Below, in pieces: positions 11,807 through 25,920 of a stretch of DNA of 64,000 nt. Numbering within the stretch: the stretch's first letter is position 1; the number at the start of each line of letters is the position of its first letter. The position numbers and the translations under genes were made by a program. The notes below the pieces were generated by a model. That model did no database searches, was not told where the DNA came from, and was given only the letters and a program-made list of their open reading frames with translations. Source of the stretch: Podarcis melisellensis (lineage: Eukaryota); the NCBI GenBank assembly GCA_964234715.1, contig OZ174282.1; one strand, given 5' to 3'.

Positions 11807-11981
11807 CGCTGTCTTCAGATCCTTGAGTTGGTTCCTCAGCTGGAAGAGCTCCGAAGAAGTCAGGAGGATGGTGTTGAGGGTGTGGACCATCGTCGAGGCA
11901 AACTTGAGGTCTTCCTCCCGCAGCAGGATGTCAGCCATCGAGTGAAAGATGTTCTCCGCATTCAGGAGAAGACAGAGTTGC
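11807..11981 (-). CDS. VAC14: VAC14 exon 15 (175 nt) [58 protein letters not shown]
   Basis: cag|G CAA...GCG|gtatgt; ORF 11792..11995. Confidence 0.97.
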
Positions 11982-14900
11982 CTGCATGGCACCAAAAAAT
12001 GGAGATTAGGAGTTGACCAACAAAGGGGGTTGCTGTGAATCTGGGGTGGGTGGGTGGGATACTACCACCACAATCCCCAAATATCAAAGAGAATAATATT
12101 GGGCGAGAATCTAGGATGCAACAAGTGCCTGGCCCCATCCTCTGCACCAAGCCTTTACAAAGGTGTTCTCCTTCCTATCAGCATTGTCACCATTTCCCCC
12201 AGTAGGCCAAGACTGAACTTGCCCCTTAGGGAAGGAGCCCCATCGCTCCTTCTAACAGAGAACTCAGCTGGTGAGTGCCAATGGGGTTTTAGCAAACAGG
12301 GTCACTGAGGAACAAAGGAGGAATTAAAATGCTCTGGGGAATATCCCTAGGTCTTGCAAAGGTATAGCACATATTATGAAGGAAAAAACACTTAGGGGAG
12401 AAGAGAAAGAACAACCCCCAACAGCCCACCAATGATGTAAGCCCACTCAGAGGCCATGGAATACTAGGTTGCCTGTTGGAAAGGGGAAACCAGAATGGAA
12501 GAGAGAAAAAATGAGTATCCTAGGAGAGCAGTGCTCCATATTGCAGCTTTTTTTTTACAGGCCCCATTCACACACACACACATAGCAGCAGCAACAGCTG
12601 CCTCACCTAGTTTCTCTTCCTTCCAACTCGCTCTCTGGGACACACCAGGCAGCGCCCCCACCCTCACCCCAGACCAATCTGTTCTGGATTAACACAAGCA
12701 ATTTCAAGCTTTCCAGACAGAGTGGAGGGCTGAGGTCAAACCCTTGTTCTTTCACAAATGACCTTGAGTTCAAAGCAAGTGTAAGGTAGGAAAATGCAAA
12801 CAAACAAACAAACAAATCTTGCATGTGGCATTATCTTCATCCTTCGTTTCCCTTCTATCAATTTTTTTTATTTGAATAAATATTTATTCCCCATGATTCC
12901 AGTAAAGGCTCCCTGTGGTGGCAGGAATGATATATCTGGAAGGTGTGCTAGGTGATTGCAAAGTTATTTGTGCAGGGAGGGAGATGCCCCTGCTTTCACA
13001 GCAGAAAGCCAGCAGAGGTTCACCTGTGTTGCACCCTGTCGCCAATTCCCAAGGATGTGCTGGTGGTTCTGATTTACCAATATATCTGCTCAGAGCCCAC
13101 CCAGCCCCAGCCTTGCTGACCCTTTCTGGAGCTTTTTCGCAGGGACTCAGCGAGTCGCAGCAGGAATGCTCTGCTTAACCTCTCCAGGAACCCCCAAGGT
13201 CTTCTGCACTGGAAACCGAGCGCCAGATTTCCCTCCGTGTTTGTTTTGATTCTATGGGCTCCCTCTTTCTCCCTGCCAAGCCTGCGGTGGTGGCACTGTA
13301 GGGTTTGCCTGAGGACGCCTGACACAAAGCCCAGTGCTAATGCCGCTACCGCTGCTGCCTCCTTTAACAAGCTTGGCTTCACAGCTCTGTGCATTCAAAG
13401 GACATGGGAAACGGCAACCCGAGTTACCCCAGGCGAGGGAGACTTGATCAATTTTCTCTTTCAGCCCTTCTAAAGGCTCTAAGCTCTGGTTTTGATCTAT
13501 TTCCAGCACAGAATAATAATTCATTTCAAGGCCTCTGCTCAAGTCCAAGAATAGTCATTCAATCAGTCCCAAACAGAAACTCTGGAGAAATCACCCCGCT
13601 CCCCTAGTGCATTGACACTCATTAAGATTTCCTTGTCAAAGACCATTTAAATTGCAGAGACATGCTTTGAAAAAGTAGGCCTCCAACTCTGGGATACAGC
13701 TCCAGAGACTTGGGAAGGGAGCCAACTCAAAGGGGCTTTGCTTCTCCAAGCTCATCCCTAAGCAAGGCTTCGCCCCCTCCCAGGCCCCCATCGCCATCAG
13801 AGGGTTCCACTCCACTAGCAGCAGCTTGCAAGAGTCTTGTTGTCAGCTGCTTCCTTGGGAGGCAGGGGCGGGATTCTCAGAATCAGCACCCAATGGGCTC
13901 TTACTGCAGGAACAGCTTCAAGTCTGAAGGAGGGTGATTCAGCAAGAGATTGTAGAACACAAGCACCAAGGTTTGCATATGCAGCTCCAGAGAGACTTGG
14001 AGAGAAATGCGAGCAGGTGTTGATGGGGCTCCGAGTCCTATCGAGACCAACACCCAGCAAACATGATTAGGGCATGTTCTTGAGATTGGGAAAACTATTC
14101 CCTAGGATATGAAGATACGGTATTTGCTCAGATGTTTAAGTCACCCAAAGCTGCAGTGTTCTGCTTGTGTCGCAGTGGCAAGTGTGCACAGGCCAAAACA
14201 AGATCCATGGCTCACGTATGTATCTCCTCCCTCCCATCAAAGGGATGGAATGCATAGGCTGGACTCTGAGCATGAAGCACAAAAACCTTACCCAGGGATG
14301 ACCATGCGTTCTGGAATGGAATGGAGAGGCAATTCTTACCTGAACTCCATTTTATTATATATTTCTCAGCTCATTTTTCAGATAAAGATGGGTCTCTGAA
14401 AACAAAGACCCTGCTCTCAGGCTTACAAACTAAAAACTCAGGGCACCTGAGTGTGGGTGGAGGGAAAAGCATGAGAAAGATCAGACTGATACTGGCCAGA
14501 ACTAAGTGGTGACTTGTAAGCCAGGCCAGGCTGGTGGTGCCCTCCTCATCCTGTGCCCACCCGCTCATGGTTGTTATTCCTGTGGCCAGTTCAGAGGCCA
14601 GCCTCCCTTCTTCTCATGTTCACTAGGCAATTCTATTAGCAACTGTGAGGTCAAAAACAGCATTGCTGCAAATCAGTCCAGAATTTGCTGACATTGTGTT
14701 GTTCTGAGAAGGTACACCATTCTGTTTCTCCTTTTCATTGGCTTCCCTGAGAAGTTGCCGTGGGCCGAAACAGGGCAAACCAACTCCACCCAGGAGAGAA
14801 ACTGTAGGAAGGGGGGCACTCTACTAAGCATGGGAGTTAGGGGCAAGGAGGAGGGCTGCCTGGGGTCCAGATGAACAGTTGGGATAAATGCTCTTTGATT

Positions 14901-16778
14901 TAGCTGTGCCTCTAGGCAGCCTTGGTGGCTGGATGTGGCTTTGCAAATGTGCTCTTTCCTATTTTTCTCTGTTTTATGCATCCTCTGGCAACTTCTTCTT
15001 TGGACTCTAATGCATTGTGTGCAGGGCTGTCTTTGAAGAATATCTGGAAACTTCAGCTCTCAACGGATGCCAGCTGGAAGAAGCCCATCACCCTGACACT
15101 GATGGACTTGCTCTAACTATTAAAGCCCTAAAGGTTCCAACTTCAGGTTTATTCAGGGATCAGATCCTCCTATACGTTAACAGCTCACCAGACAAAAGTC
15201 CTGCTCTCTGAGTACCCACCAAGGCCTTCTGGATCAAGAAGTGCCCACTCAGCACGCTTCCCTATTCTGTGGAATTCACTACCTAGAACGTGCTTTTTGT
15301 ATGGCAAGCTGATTTGCATTTTTGATCTGCGCTTCTGATATGCTACTGACTGGATCTGGAGCACCCGTGGACTTGTTTTTATTTCATTTTTGTTGTGCAT
15401 AACTTGAGGGCCCCATTAGGATTAGTCTGGCAACATATAAATCTGAACAATAAAGCTGCTCCTTGTGAACACCACTTTAGAACGAAAGTGCAAATTCCTG
15501 ACACTTCTTTGCTCCCTACTCCACACAGAGCCAGATGTGAGGATCTCCCCTTTCCTCTACAGAGAGGATTGAAAGGCCTCTGCAGGTCCATAACAAGCTG
15601 TTCTTCGCTCCTGCACCGACCAAAGACTTTGCCATCAAATAATCAGAAGTGGCATCTGTAAATACTGCCTGAGGGCACCCGACACTCTCCTGAAGGAAAA
15701 CACAGCCGCCCCATCTTCCCCGCTAACAGGAAGGGGGCTCAAAATAGCAGCGCTGTCAACCTGCTGGTGAGACCAGGCATATGTTTAATGGCAATCAAAT
15801 CAGGGAGCACATCTATCTCCAACAGAGCAGAAGGAAGGGGGTAGCAGCTTTCTGATGGCCCTGCCTGCTTTGCCGGCATGCTGATTGTTAACAACCTATG
15901 CTGAAGATTCTTGATCTCAGCAGGAGATGCCACCTGATTAATTTTTAAGAGGCCCAGCAGAGGACAGGGTCACAAACCTCATCCACAGTCTCGACCTGGG
16001 CAATCCTAACACGTTGCATCTACTGTATTGACCAAACTGGGCAAGGGGTGGCAATAAAGCCAGAAATTCTGTGAGGAAGATGTGCCACTCCAAAATGCAG
16101 CCCCAACTTGCCATCTGCAAAGTGCAGACTCACCCACTTTGAAAATGACAGCCAGGCCCAGTAATTTTAACGGGATTCTACACACTTTTTCTATCACAAG
16201 ACAATCTATTAGGATTCACAGACCTTTCCCATACTTCTGAGGAGACATTCCAAGTCTCTGCAAGAAGGCTAAGGGGTCAGGAGGTAGATATATCCATGGC
16301 TTAAAACCATCATGCCAGTGACTGGAGTCTCTGAACAAAATAAACAGTATGTGGATTCTGATGCTGGACTTGGATTCAAGAAAATCATGTTGGTGGGGAG
16401 GAATATTTACTTTATGGTAAATCCTGCTGCTCTAGGAGCCTAGAGGACAGTCTTTGTATCTGAGACAGCATCACGTTCTGGTTGGGTGTGGTCTTCCAAC
16501 CTGACCAAGAGAAGGAGAGCTCCCTTCGCTCCCAGAATGAAAAGGAGGGAACTCTGACCTGGCTTGTGTGACTTTTATCCACAGGGTTCCTTAAAAAACT
16601 GCTCTGTGTTTTGCAGATCAAGAGTGAAGATCAATACTATAAAAAGCAGACACAGTCTGGAAAGTTTTCTAGAAAAAGCAGCAGCAGCCAGGAAGAAAGA
16701 GATGTATGAAGGAAGAGAGTGAGGGAAGAGACCACCAGTGACTGCCTGCCCCCAAACACACACACTTTACAGCAGCAA

Positions 16779-16780
<2 letters not shown>

Positions 16781-16829
<49 letters not shown>
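16781..16829. repeat. (AG)n microsatellite
   Basis: Seen directly. Confidence 0.97.
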
Positions 16830-16832
<3 letters not shown>

Positions 16833-18118
16833 GTCTGGCTCCCTTGACCAAAAAGGAGGAAGGAGGAGCCATTTTCCAGAAATAGAAGCCCTGACATCTC
16901 ACTGGCTCATGCCTGACTCCTCACATGCAGGAGCCCAAAAGGAAACGGCTAGCTACTAGCAGGCCTGCTTTCGATTAGCCTGGCAAGGTAGCTTGGGTTT
17001 TCTTTTCATTTTGTTTCTTTGTGGCCTGGGGAAATCTGAAAAAGAGCTTGCATGAAAGGAATGTCACACAGACGGCACACCAGCGGCTGCTGCAGCCATA
17101 TCGATGATGCCCTTTTCGGCTACTTCCTGGGCTTCATTTCAGATTCTGGTTCTCAAGTAGGTGGGTGAAGACAACAAGAACAAAGCCAGGCCCACCCAGA
17201 TGCCCCTTCTTGCCAAGGCCACTGCTCAAAGCACAACACTAAGGAAGGGCGACAACTCAAGGCCCCCTCATCCAGGTGAAAAGAAAGGAGGAAAAGGGAG
17301 AGGAAGAGAAGGAGGGAAAGGCCTCTTCCATTCTCTCATTCTCCCCACCCCCTCACCAAGTAGCTTTTTGACATGTCAGTTCTGGAGAAGAGGTTGAAAA
17401 GGCCCTGATGGCAACAGCAAACTGCGCTCCCTGGTGAGCGAATGATACCAGATTGAATGCAAAGATTCTACACACTGAGACACAACAGGCAATTCTTTCC
17501 ATGCCGCACACCCACCCCGTCACATATGCTTCACAGTGATGACACTCAGCGTTTTGAGGCTCTTTAGATACTACCCTGAAGCAACAGTCATGCTGCATCT
17601 GGGTTTGGGGCAGAGAGAGGGGGGAAGGCAACTAAGACGACTTATTATGTGTTCTTGTTTCAAACCAAGAACTTCTTTTCTGCCCTGCTGCACCTCTGGG
17701 AAGTTTATAGAGGCTCTCCACAGAAGGTGGAGGGCAGAGGGGTGGGGAGAGAGAACAGGAACAGCAGGAACCAACGGGGCGATGCCGCAGCTGGCGTCCT
17801 CTGTGATCCCAACCGACAGCTGAAGCATTCCACATGGAAACTCCCTTATGTCATCTCAGTAACGTGGGAAATGTGGAGCACATACATTTCTGACGGGTGA
17901 ATCCATCTCATTAAAAGCCAGCCTCTATCCCCTCCTCCCGGCATCCTTGGCACAAGCGGCTTGAGGGGGATTATGGCACATGGGCAATGGGAAGGCTGCA
18001 GAGAGGCACCCTAGCAAACCACAGCGGGTGGCACTATCTGCTGCGCAAGCGCCAAGTGTGCAAGGTTGGCGGCGGCATCATCACCATGCAGGGCATGCCA
18101 ACAAGGGTTCACAGCAGG

Positions 18119-18405
18119 CAGGGCTAGGCGATATCAGGCTTTCAACATTGTGACATATCACCAGGTGTACATTGCAATTTAGTGATATATCATGATGTTG
18201 AAAAGGAAGGAGCACCGGCCCTGCAAGGCACTGGGGTGAAGCCGCCCCTGCCCCTGCCAGTGCCCAGCACAGGGAGGAAGGAGGCAGCCTGCCCATTTGG
18301 CCGGAGAAGGGAGTTAAGGTGCCAGCCCCACCCACAATATATAGCCGGGTCAAAACGCCATCACAATCTGTCTGGGATGATGTATCAATACATCACCCAG
18401 GCCTA
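18119..18405. mobile_element. hAT-type MITE (agggctgggcgatat-like TIR)
   Basis: Left end gggctaggcgatatc, right end catcacccaggccta; degenerate 8-bp TSD acagcagg/atggcagg (6/8). Confidence 0.65.
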
Positions 18406-21400
18406 ATGGCAGGAATACCCCAGAGGACATCATCATCATCATCAAATTTTATTTATATCCTGTCCTCCCAGCCAAAGCCAGGCTCAGAGCGGCTAACAAC
18501 AATAAAACATACTACATACTACAGTTGATTTAGGCATAGCAAAAGTCAGCTGGGTGCCCCTCTCTGCCTAAGTGGATCAAAAAAGCCAAAAAGGCCTTGC
18601 AGTTTCTGGCCCTGATGAGGCGATAATCTTCCAAGGTACTGTCTCGGGGATTCTGGCTCCATGTTCAGGCTCCAACCTGCTTGAAGAGAGGCCGGGGGGG
18701 GGGGGGGGCGGCAGGTGGGTACAGTAATCTAAAAGAGAGAGCCTCTCTGCTGCTGCTTCTCACACTACACAACCTCTCTATCAATAGGAGCTGGCAAAAC
18801 ACAGACATTTGCACAGATTTCCATTCAGCTATTTATTATTTGCATTCCCTGGCTACAGGCCAGCCCCCTCATTCAGCAGCCCCCTCATTCAGCCTGCCAT
18901 GGATTTGCTTGCTTTGAAATGGGAAACTGTGTTGCGATGACGAGCGCAGGCATTTGTCTCACACCTCTGCAGTCTCTGTGCCCACAGTCTGAAATGTGCC
19001 TTTGCAGGCTGCAATAGTGCTTTGCCAGCTCAAACAGCTTGTTCTAAGGGGCTGAGAGCACACAAGACTTTTCCCTGCAGGTCACACAGGAAACTGCCCA
19101 ACACCATGTCAGGCTGTTGGTCCATTGAGCTCAGCATGGTCTATACCCAGGGGATCAGGACCTGTGGCCCTCCAGATGTTGTTGGACTACTACTACCATC
19201 ATTGCTGGCCAGGTTGGCTGAGGCTGATGGGAAATGGAGTCCAACAACATCTGAAGAGCCGCAAGTTCCCTTCCCCTGGTTGACACTGACTGACAGCGAC
19301 TCTTCAGACTGCCAGTATTTTGCAGGAGGGATTCAATAACACACTGGAAATTTGGGTTTGTGCAATTAAAGTGGATTAAAGTGATCTGACGCAACAAATT
19401 CATTTTTTAAAATAAAAAAATGACTTTTTAAACTAAAAAATTGCGGGACAAATGGTCGATGGGAAGATGTATAACCTCCACACAAGCAGGTCAAAAGGGA
19501 TGCCCATACTTTTATAATCTCCACCAAAACAAATCAGAGTGAATGGTCAGTTTAGAGGAGACACTGTGTAACCTCTTCATACAGGAGCATTTTCAAGCCC
19601 TAGTTGTAGGTGCCGGAGGCTGAACCTAATACCTTCTGTGTGCAAAGTGTGTGCTCTACTCACTGACCTAGTAACCGGCAAGGCCGCAACCCACACTCAG
19701 ATCTAGATGGAGCCCCTTTTGCACAATCTGTGAATTCCAGGGAAGCAGAAATAGGGTGACAAATATCCCTTGGAGTTCAGACACACCCAGAGGTACCTTT
19801 GGCTTTCATAAGCAACATTTGCTAGATAGGACTGAAAATGCTCTAACAGAAAGAGGAAGGTTGCCCAAACCTTCAAGGTCTGAATCTAGTTTTCCACATC
19901 TGCGGGTAGCTGTTCTACCTCTGAGTTTGGTATTTGCACATTTCTCCTTGTGTCCATGCGGCCGGGGCAAAACTTGCTATGTGGAGGTGCAAGGGGAAGT
20001 TGCTGCTTCCAGGTTACTAAACTCCAAAGCTTGCTGTGAAGCATCTGGGGACTCCAGGGAAGAGATTGCCACGGCTGAAAGACGGGCTTGATGGCCAAGC
20101 AGAATCACACCCCAGGCACCCCTCAGCCGTTCAGGCGCAGCGAGGCACACAGAGCCATCTATGAGGAGCAGGAGCAAGAGCAAGGCAAAGGCTATTAACC
20201 ATTCACACTTGAAAGTCAATAACACTCCAAGGACCACAGGCAGGAAAGAGCAGAAGCAGGTTTGGCCTGCTGTGGAATTATACAAGCCGGAGAAGAACAT
20301 AGAGAGGGCACAGTGTTCGAAGCGTTAATAAAATCCGGAAGATTTAACCAAGCGTGGAGGATCCATTAAATCCAGCCAGACCTGTTGAAAAATGGCAGTT
20401 TACTTAAAACGCCTCTCTTTTATCAATTTTGTGTTGCTTGTAGCCATTTTTGCACAAGTACAGCATACAGCAGGAGGCTTTCATGCCCTTTTAATTGCAG
20501 CCAGACGTTCAAAGGAACAGCAGAGGGTCTGCCCTTCCTATTCTGAAAAAAACCTGTTGTGTTATACATTTTCAAGTCTCTTTGTAAATCAATGGATTAT
20601 CATTAATGGAAGAGCACAAATGACTTGTCTGGGCAGAGATTCTTCCCTAAACCAAGATGGCTGCTACAGGAATGAGATGGTTGGAGGAGCTGGTGTTTGT
20701 GAGTGACTGGAGGACAGAAGGAAAAACAAGCTAGGAGTGTGTGTCTATGCAGGTCATCCGTGTGTTGTGGCTGAAAGAGAGGAAAGCCTCCTAGGATGAC
20801 CAGACACAGGACATAAAGCCTGAGCTTCTGCAACAGGCATGTAAAGAGCCAAACTGTGAAAAGATGGCGGGGGAGAGAAACTGCAGTCCTGACTCCATCA
20901 TGGATAGGACGCAGCCTTTTCCTGAAATCTGGTTGCTGTGCAATTCCCAAGATCCTGTAGAGATCACAGCAATTATTTTTGGCTTGTTGAAATATGGCTT
21001 GTGGTACTGCCCCTTGCTCAAGCAGAGTGTATGGGAGCAGAAACAATTCCACATGGACAACCTTGTTGCATTTTTAGAATACCCTAATACCAACAAAGCA
21101 GAAGGAAGGAGAGATACCCCAAGTTCTTGCCTTCCTCTAGTAAATCTTCTTACTCTGGAGGGGCCAAAGCAATGGCAGAAGTTGAACCTAACACTACCTT
21201 TCCCCCTGCTGAAACCACAGGATGGGCCTATCACTCCTGCCAGCCCTGCCTTTATTAAAGCTCCAGAGCAGGGAACTAAGGAAAGGAATCATGGAGGATG
21301 AGGAAAGATAGTGGAGCCAAAGGGAAAGGGAGAGTGAGTGAGCAAGCATCTCCCAAGCCATTGTGTTCAAGGCTTCCATAAGCCACACAGGAAAATATGA

Positions 21401-24400
21401 ACAGGAAGGAAACACTCTGGAGGGAGGCTCTGTCCTGCAATTGCATAGATTTCCCCCACCCTGCTGGGCTCTCTGCAGAGTTACAGCATCACACCCCAAA
21501 GAACTACTCTGACTCCTGACTCCAGGCCTCTATGGAAAAGCGTGTTGGCCGGGCCTATAACAAGAGGAGAATTGCTGAAAAATTGAGCAGCTGCCACATG
21601 GCCGCTCCAGCTCCACTGCCCCCATCCGCTACACATGAAGATCTGTGTCCAGGCCGCAGCAATGCAGCAGCAGCAGCTGGCGCTGAGCGGCGAGGGAACC
21701 CTTTTGGAAAGAGGATCAAAGCAGCACCCTCATGGCGGAGTTTGGTGATGCGAGGCTCTGCCGGGCCTGGTAAGAAGCCCCAACTTCTCCTGGCTAAAAG
21801 GGACACCCCCTGGCACAACTCTTCTGACTGCCCAGAACTAAGACAGCCAATTTCCACAACAGACCATGCAAAATGCCAAAAAATAAAAGGTGGAAAATTC
21901 CACAGCCCATATTTTGAAGCAGCCTTCCTCTGCCAGTATGACAGAGCAAGCATCAAAGAGGCACTTGCAGCAAACGCCATCCCAAAACTCCTGCTTATCT
22001 CTGCTCTCAGAGAGATCAAGAGACGCCATGGAGCATGACTGAGCTCTTATGGCCAAGGACTCCCACAGAGCCCAGCGGTGAGCCCTGGGTGTGTGTGCAT
22101 GTGTGTGAAATGGGCTTGCGCACCATTCCCCTAAGGCTCAGGATTGACAGATATAGCAGAGAATCAGCGGGCAAGGACTGCTGTATCTCAAGAAAGCCAC
22201 TATTTAAACTGCTTCCAAGGGGTCTACAGGGAACACCTTTAATGTACCATGTAGATGGCATCTGACCCTGTGCAAACAAATATAAACATGAGCTTGAGGC
22301 ATTGACTATTTGAAAATTAAATTCACATGGAAGAACGAGTTTGAACTTGTTTTCTGTTGCTTCAGGGAGCAGCTTCGGAATCAACGGGTTCAAAGAACAA
22401 GAAAAAGGACCTCCAGTAAACTTAAGCCGACGGCACAAGCTTTTTCTGCAGTGGAACAGACCTACCTTGGAAGGTGGTTGCAGCCTCTCCTTCATTACAG
22501 ACCTCTTGGCAAAGGCTGGACGGGCACCTATTAAGGGCGACAGATTTTCTGTACCAGCAAGGGGGTCAGATTCGCTGACCTTTGAGTGGCACAACACAAA
22601 GACAGTGACACTTAAGTCACTTTGTAATAAGCACAGTTTGCCCCAAGTGTTTACAGTATTAAACACTGCAGAGGTTTTAGACTGCAATTCCCATCAGCCC
22701 CAGCTAGCAAGGCCATGCTAAGGGAAGAATACACAGCAGGGATGTCTGGGGCTGATGGGAGTTGTAGCCCAAAGCCTCTGGAGGGCACCAGGTTAGGGAA
22801 GGCTGAGCTGGACCAAAGCTCCAAAGACCCACAGCGAAAGGAAGATCTCTGCCCTCACTCTGTGGAGGAGGCATCATGTTCCATTCCCTGCCTCTCTCTG
22901 GCTGCTTTCCCCAGCTTGCTTCAAGGCACCAGGAGTTTTGTTTTTGTTTTTTCAACTCGGTTTAAAAGGAGGTTAATCAGCAGCGGATTCTGCCAGCATC
23001 TTCCTCAGAGATGCATGTTTTGCTTTCAGGCTGACAGCTGTGGCCTAATTTCTGAGGCAGTTCAAGCTCCTTATTTCTAACCATTCAATTTCTTCATTAG
23101 AAACGCAATAGATGAAGACGCTTCAGGAGGGCTAACAAGAGCAAATGCTCACAGGCTTATCCAATTTTGAGGAATATGCAGTGATAAGGCTGCACCTTCC
23201 TTTTACACAGCATGAGAAAGGTGAATAAATGTTATTAAGGATTTCCACAGTGGGAGGAGGAGTGTTGAAGGCAGATGGCACCTTCAGATACCTTCACTGC
23301 ATTCAGAAATGCATAGGGAATCGGGTGAATAGTTTACATACAAATGATTACTGACTTAATGGCAGCCAATTAGCATCTTCTGCTACAGAGAACCTTCAGA
23401 TGTAACAGCAGACCATGGTTTCCTGATACTACATTAGCTAGACATCGCAAGTCTTAGGCTTCTGTATTCCTACTTCTCAATTGTGCCTGCAAGGAGGCCG
23501 GAAGCTTCCGCTTTCAATTTTAGAACAGCTACACTTCTCGAGGACATTGAAACTCAAGGAAGTGTGGTTTGTTTAAAAGTATAGTTACTGAGAATACTCG
23601 CTCCTGTCACGGTCCTTCTATTAATCCCCATGCTGAAATGGTGGGTGTCCTTTGTCTAGTTGGACCTGGACATCATGGGGGCAAAACAAACTGATAACTA
23701 AGCTACCCAAGTGAATAACCTAAGCAGGGTTTTCAAAAACAGAGTGTCCAACCCCTTCTTCCCAGGTGTGGGACTAACAGACCGGAGGAAAGAGCGAGGA
23801 GTGCTAAGATCACAGCCGGCTGTAATGAACTGAATGCATCCTCCAGTCACAAGACTCCACTTGGCAGGAAGAAGGCAAACCCACAAGAAGCCCAGGGGAA
23901 GGCAAACACAGTGGTTCCCAAATGCCACCCTCTTCCCAGAGAGGCACCTGCACTCTGAAGTGGCTCCCTTCTGCACACCACTGACTGTGCAGCCTCCCAC
24001 GCCAAGGGCATTCATTCCCCTACTGGCCAAATGCCCACTGGGCGCAGAAGCTCCGTCTTCATATTTAAGGCTGCTGATGGCACCGGAACAGCAAGGACAA
24101 AGAGGAGAAGCGTTTTGCTTTGCTTCGGGTCTTCTTTCTCAGGGACACGTGGCTACCCTGAAAGCAAGACGTGTCCCTCTTCCTAGGGTTCTCCAGCAGG
24201 GTCTGGTTTAACCTAATCAGCTGCTGCTATGAGGAAAGGGAAGGGGCCGTGTCTCTGCGGGGAAATGAAGGAGGTTGGGAAATTATTCTCCTTTCCCCCA
24301 TTTTTCTGCCCTGGAAAAATTCTGAACATTTTCAATCCAGGCCAAAGAGAGCTTGCCTATCTCTAGCAAGAAGCTACCAAATCGAAACAGACTGGCTTCG

Positions 24401-25435
24401 GTTTTACAAGTTGCTCCAACGCCCAAGAAACCCCTCGGAAAAGCTAATCACCCCCCCATGCAAAGGTTTTTTAAAAAGCAAAAATCACTCCCTGTCATTC
24501 TGGTTCTTCTGAAAGCAGAGTTGCTACCTGCCCCATACTGCAGATATACGCCACTTCTGCATCTACATCTAGACTTGGGGGGGGGGGGGCTTCCACATCA
24601 CAAGCACTGGCATGCTCACTTTGACCACCTACCTAACTAGGCAGCCTGCCTCCCACTTTCAGAATCTGAAGCCATTAGGCTGCAGATGTGAAGCTTAATG
24701 TCAATCAATTACTAAAAATGAGCACTGAGACCAAGCACGGATGATCCCTGCGTATTTCAAAAGCATCCTCTTAGTTATTGGGGATGCTAATAGCGCCAAA
24801 GGAGCCATTACCATCTCTGAAATGAATGGTCTTTGGCCAATATGCCTTCTCCCCACAGAATGGACCAGCTGTTTCCCAAGTAGTTATGCTTAGCCACATG
24901 TCAGCAATGAGGGGTCCTATCCAGCGCAGATAGACCAATTAAGATTTAATTGCAGCAATGGCTACTTAGAGATTGCTTAACTAGTCAATTATTACCTTGA
25001 GATAATCTCAACACTGCCAAGAATGCTTTCTACCTTACAAACATCATGCACAATTGGGGGAAGGAAAGAGGGAGAGGAAGTCGCTTTGTGCACAGGGCCA
25101 CCTCCACCACTTTGCAAAGCTCTTGGAAAGTACATTGCCTTGTGATGAATGGAAAAGGAGATCCGTGAATTAATACATCAATGAGTAAAATAAATTGGAC
25201 ATTTGCCCAACCAAAGGGTCTCCCACACAGACGCAAGATGCCTCAACATATTGATGGAGTGTGGTATCATACATTAGCTTAATTTTGTAAATAATCCTAT
25301 TGCTGTATTGAATGAATCTATTGAACAAATCAATCTATTAACTTTATAAAAAAAGCCTGGGCTTGCAGTTTTAGGCAGTTTGCTCAGATGCATTGAGAGC
25401 TGGAGGGAGCCTTGTGGAGTTCCTGGAAGCTCAGT

Positions 25436-25436
<1 letters not shown>

Positions 25437-25473
<37 letters not shown>
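25437..25473. repeat. (CA)n microsatellite
   Basis: Seen directly. Confidence 0.97.
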
Positions 25474-25474
<1 letters not shown>

Positions 25475-25721
25475 AATCCCCACTACAGCTTGATGCAGGA
25501 AAGCCAGAGATCTGGAGCACCTCGGGTAGACAGATGGCTGTCCAGTCCCTGCTTGCTTGAAGGCAGCCAGCACAGGAGAACCCCCCACTTCCCTTCAGCT
25601 AAATCAGCTCCACTGTCAAACTGCTCTCGTCATCAAATATTTTGGTTCATGTTTAACAGAAACCTACCCTTCAAAAGGAGAAAGATTAGGGCACCACAGG
25701 CATACAGATACATGTGGCATC

Positions 25722-25920
25722 GTACACAGGAAGCTGCCTGATACTGAATCAGGCCCTCAGTCCATCTAGCTCAGTACTGTATGCTCTGACTGGCAGAACC
25801 TCTCCAGGGTTTCAGGCAAGGAGCCTTTCCTAGCCCTATTTGGAGATGCCGTTGGGGATTGAACAAGGGACCTTCTGCAGGCAAAGCAGATACCCTGCCA
25901 CTGAGCTACAACCCTGCCCC
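25722..25920 (-). mobile_element. Squamate tRNA-derived SINE (Squam3-like)
   Basis: Minus strand A box TAGCTCAGTGG and B box GTTCAATCC, followed by a CR1-like tail; second copy at 30990-31165. Confidence 0.75.

Noticed and set aside
22016-22687. 223-aa minus-strand ORF
   Set aside because: Starts in a MITE remnant, has no recognisable motif, and has no convincing exon boundaries.
25830-25920. tRNA-like sequence (also at 31085-31160 and about 19610-19670)
   Set aside because: Degenerate SINE heads with A/B boxes and a CR1-like tail; no intact cloverleaf.
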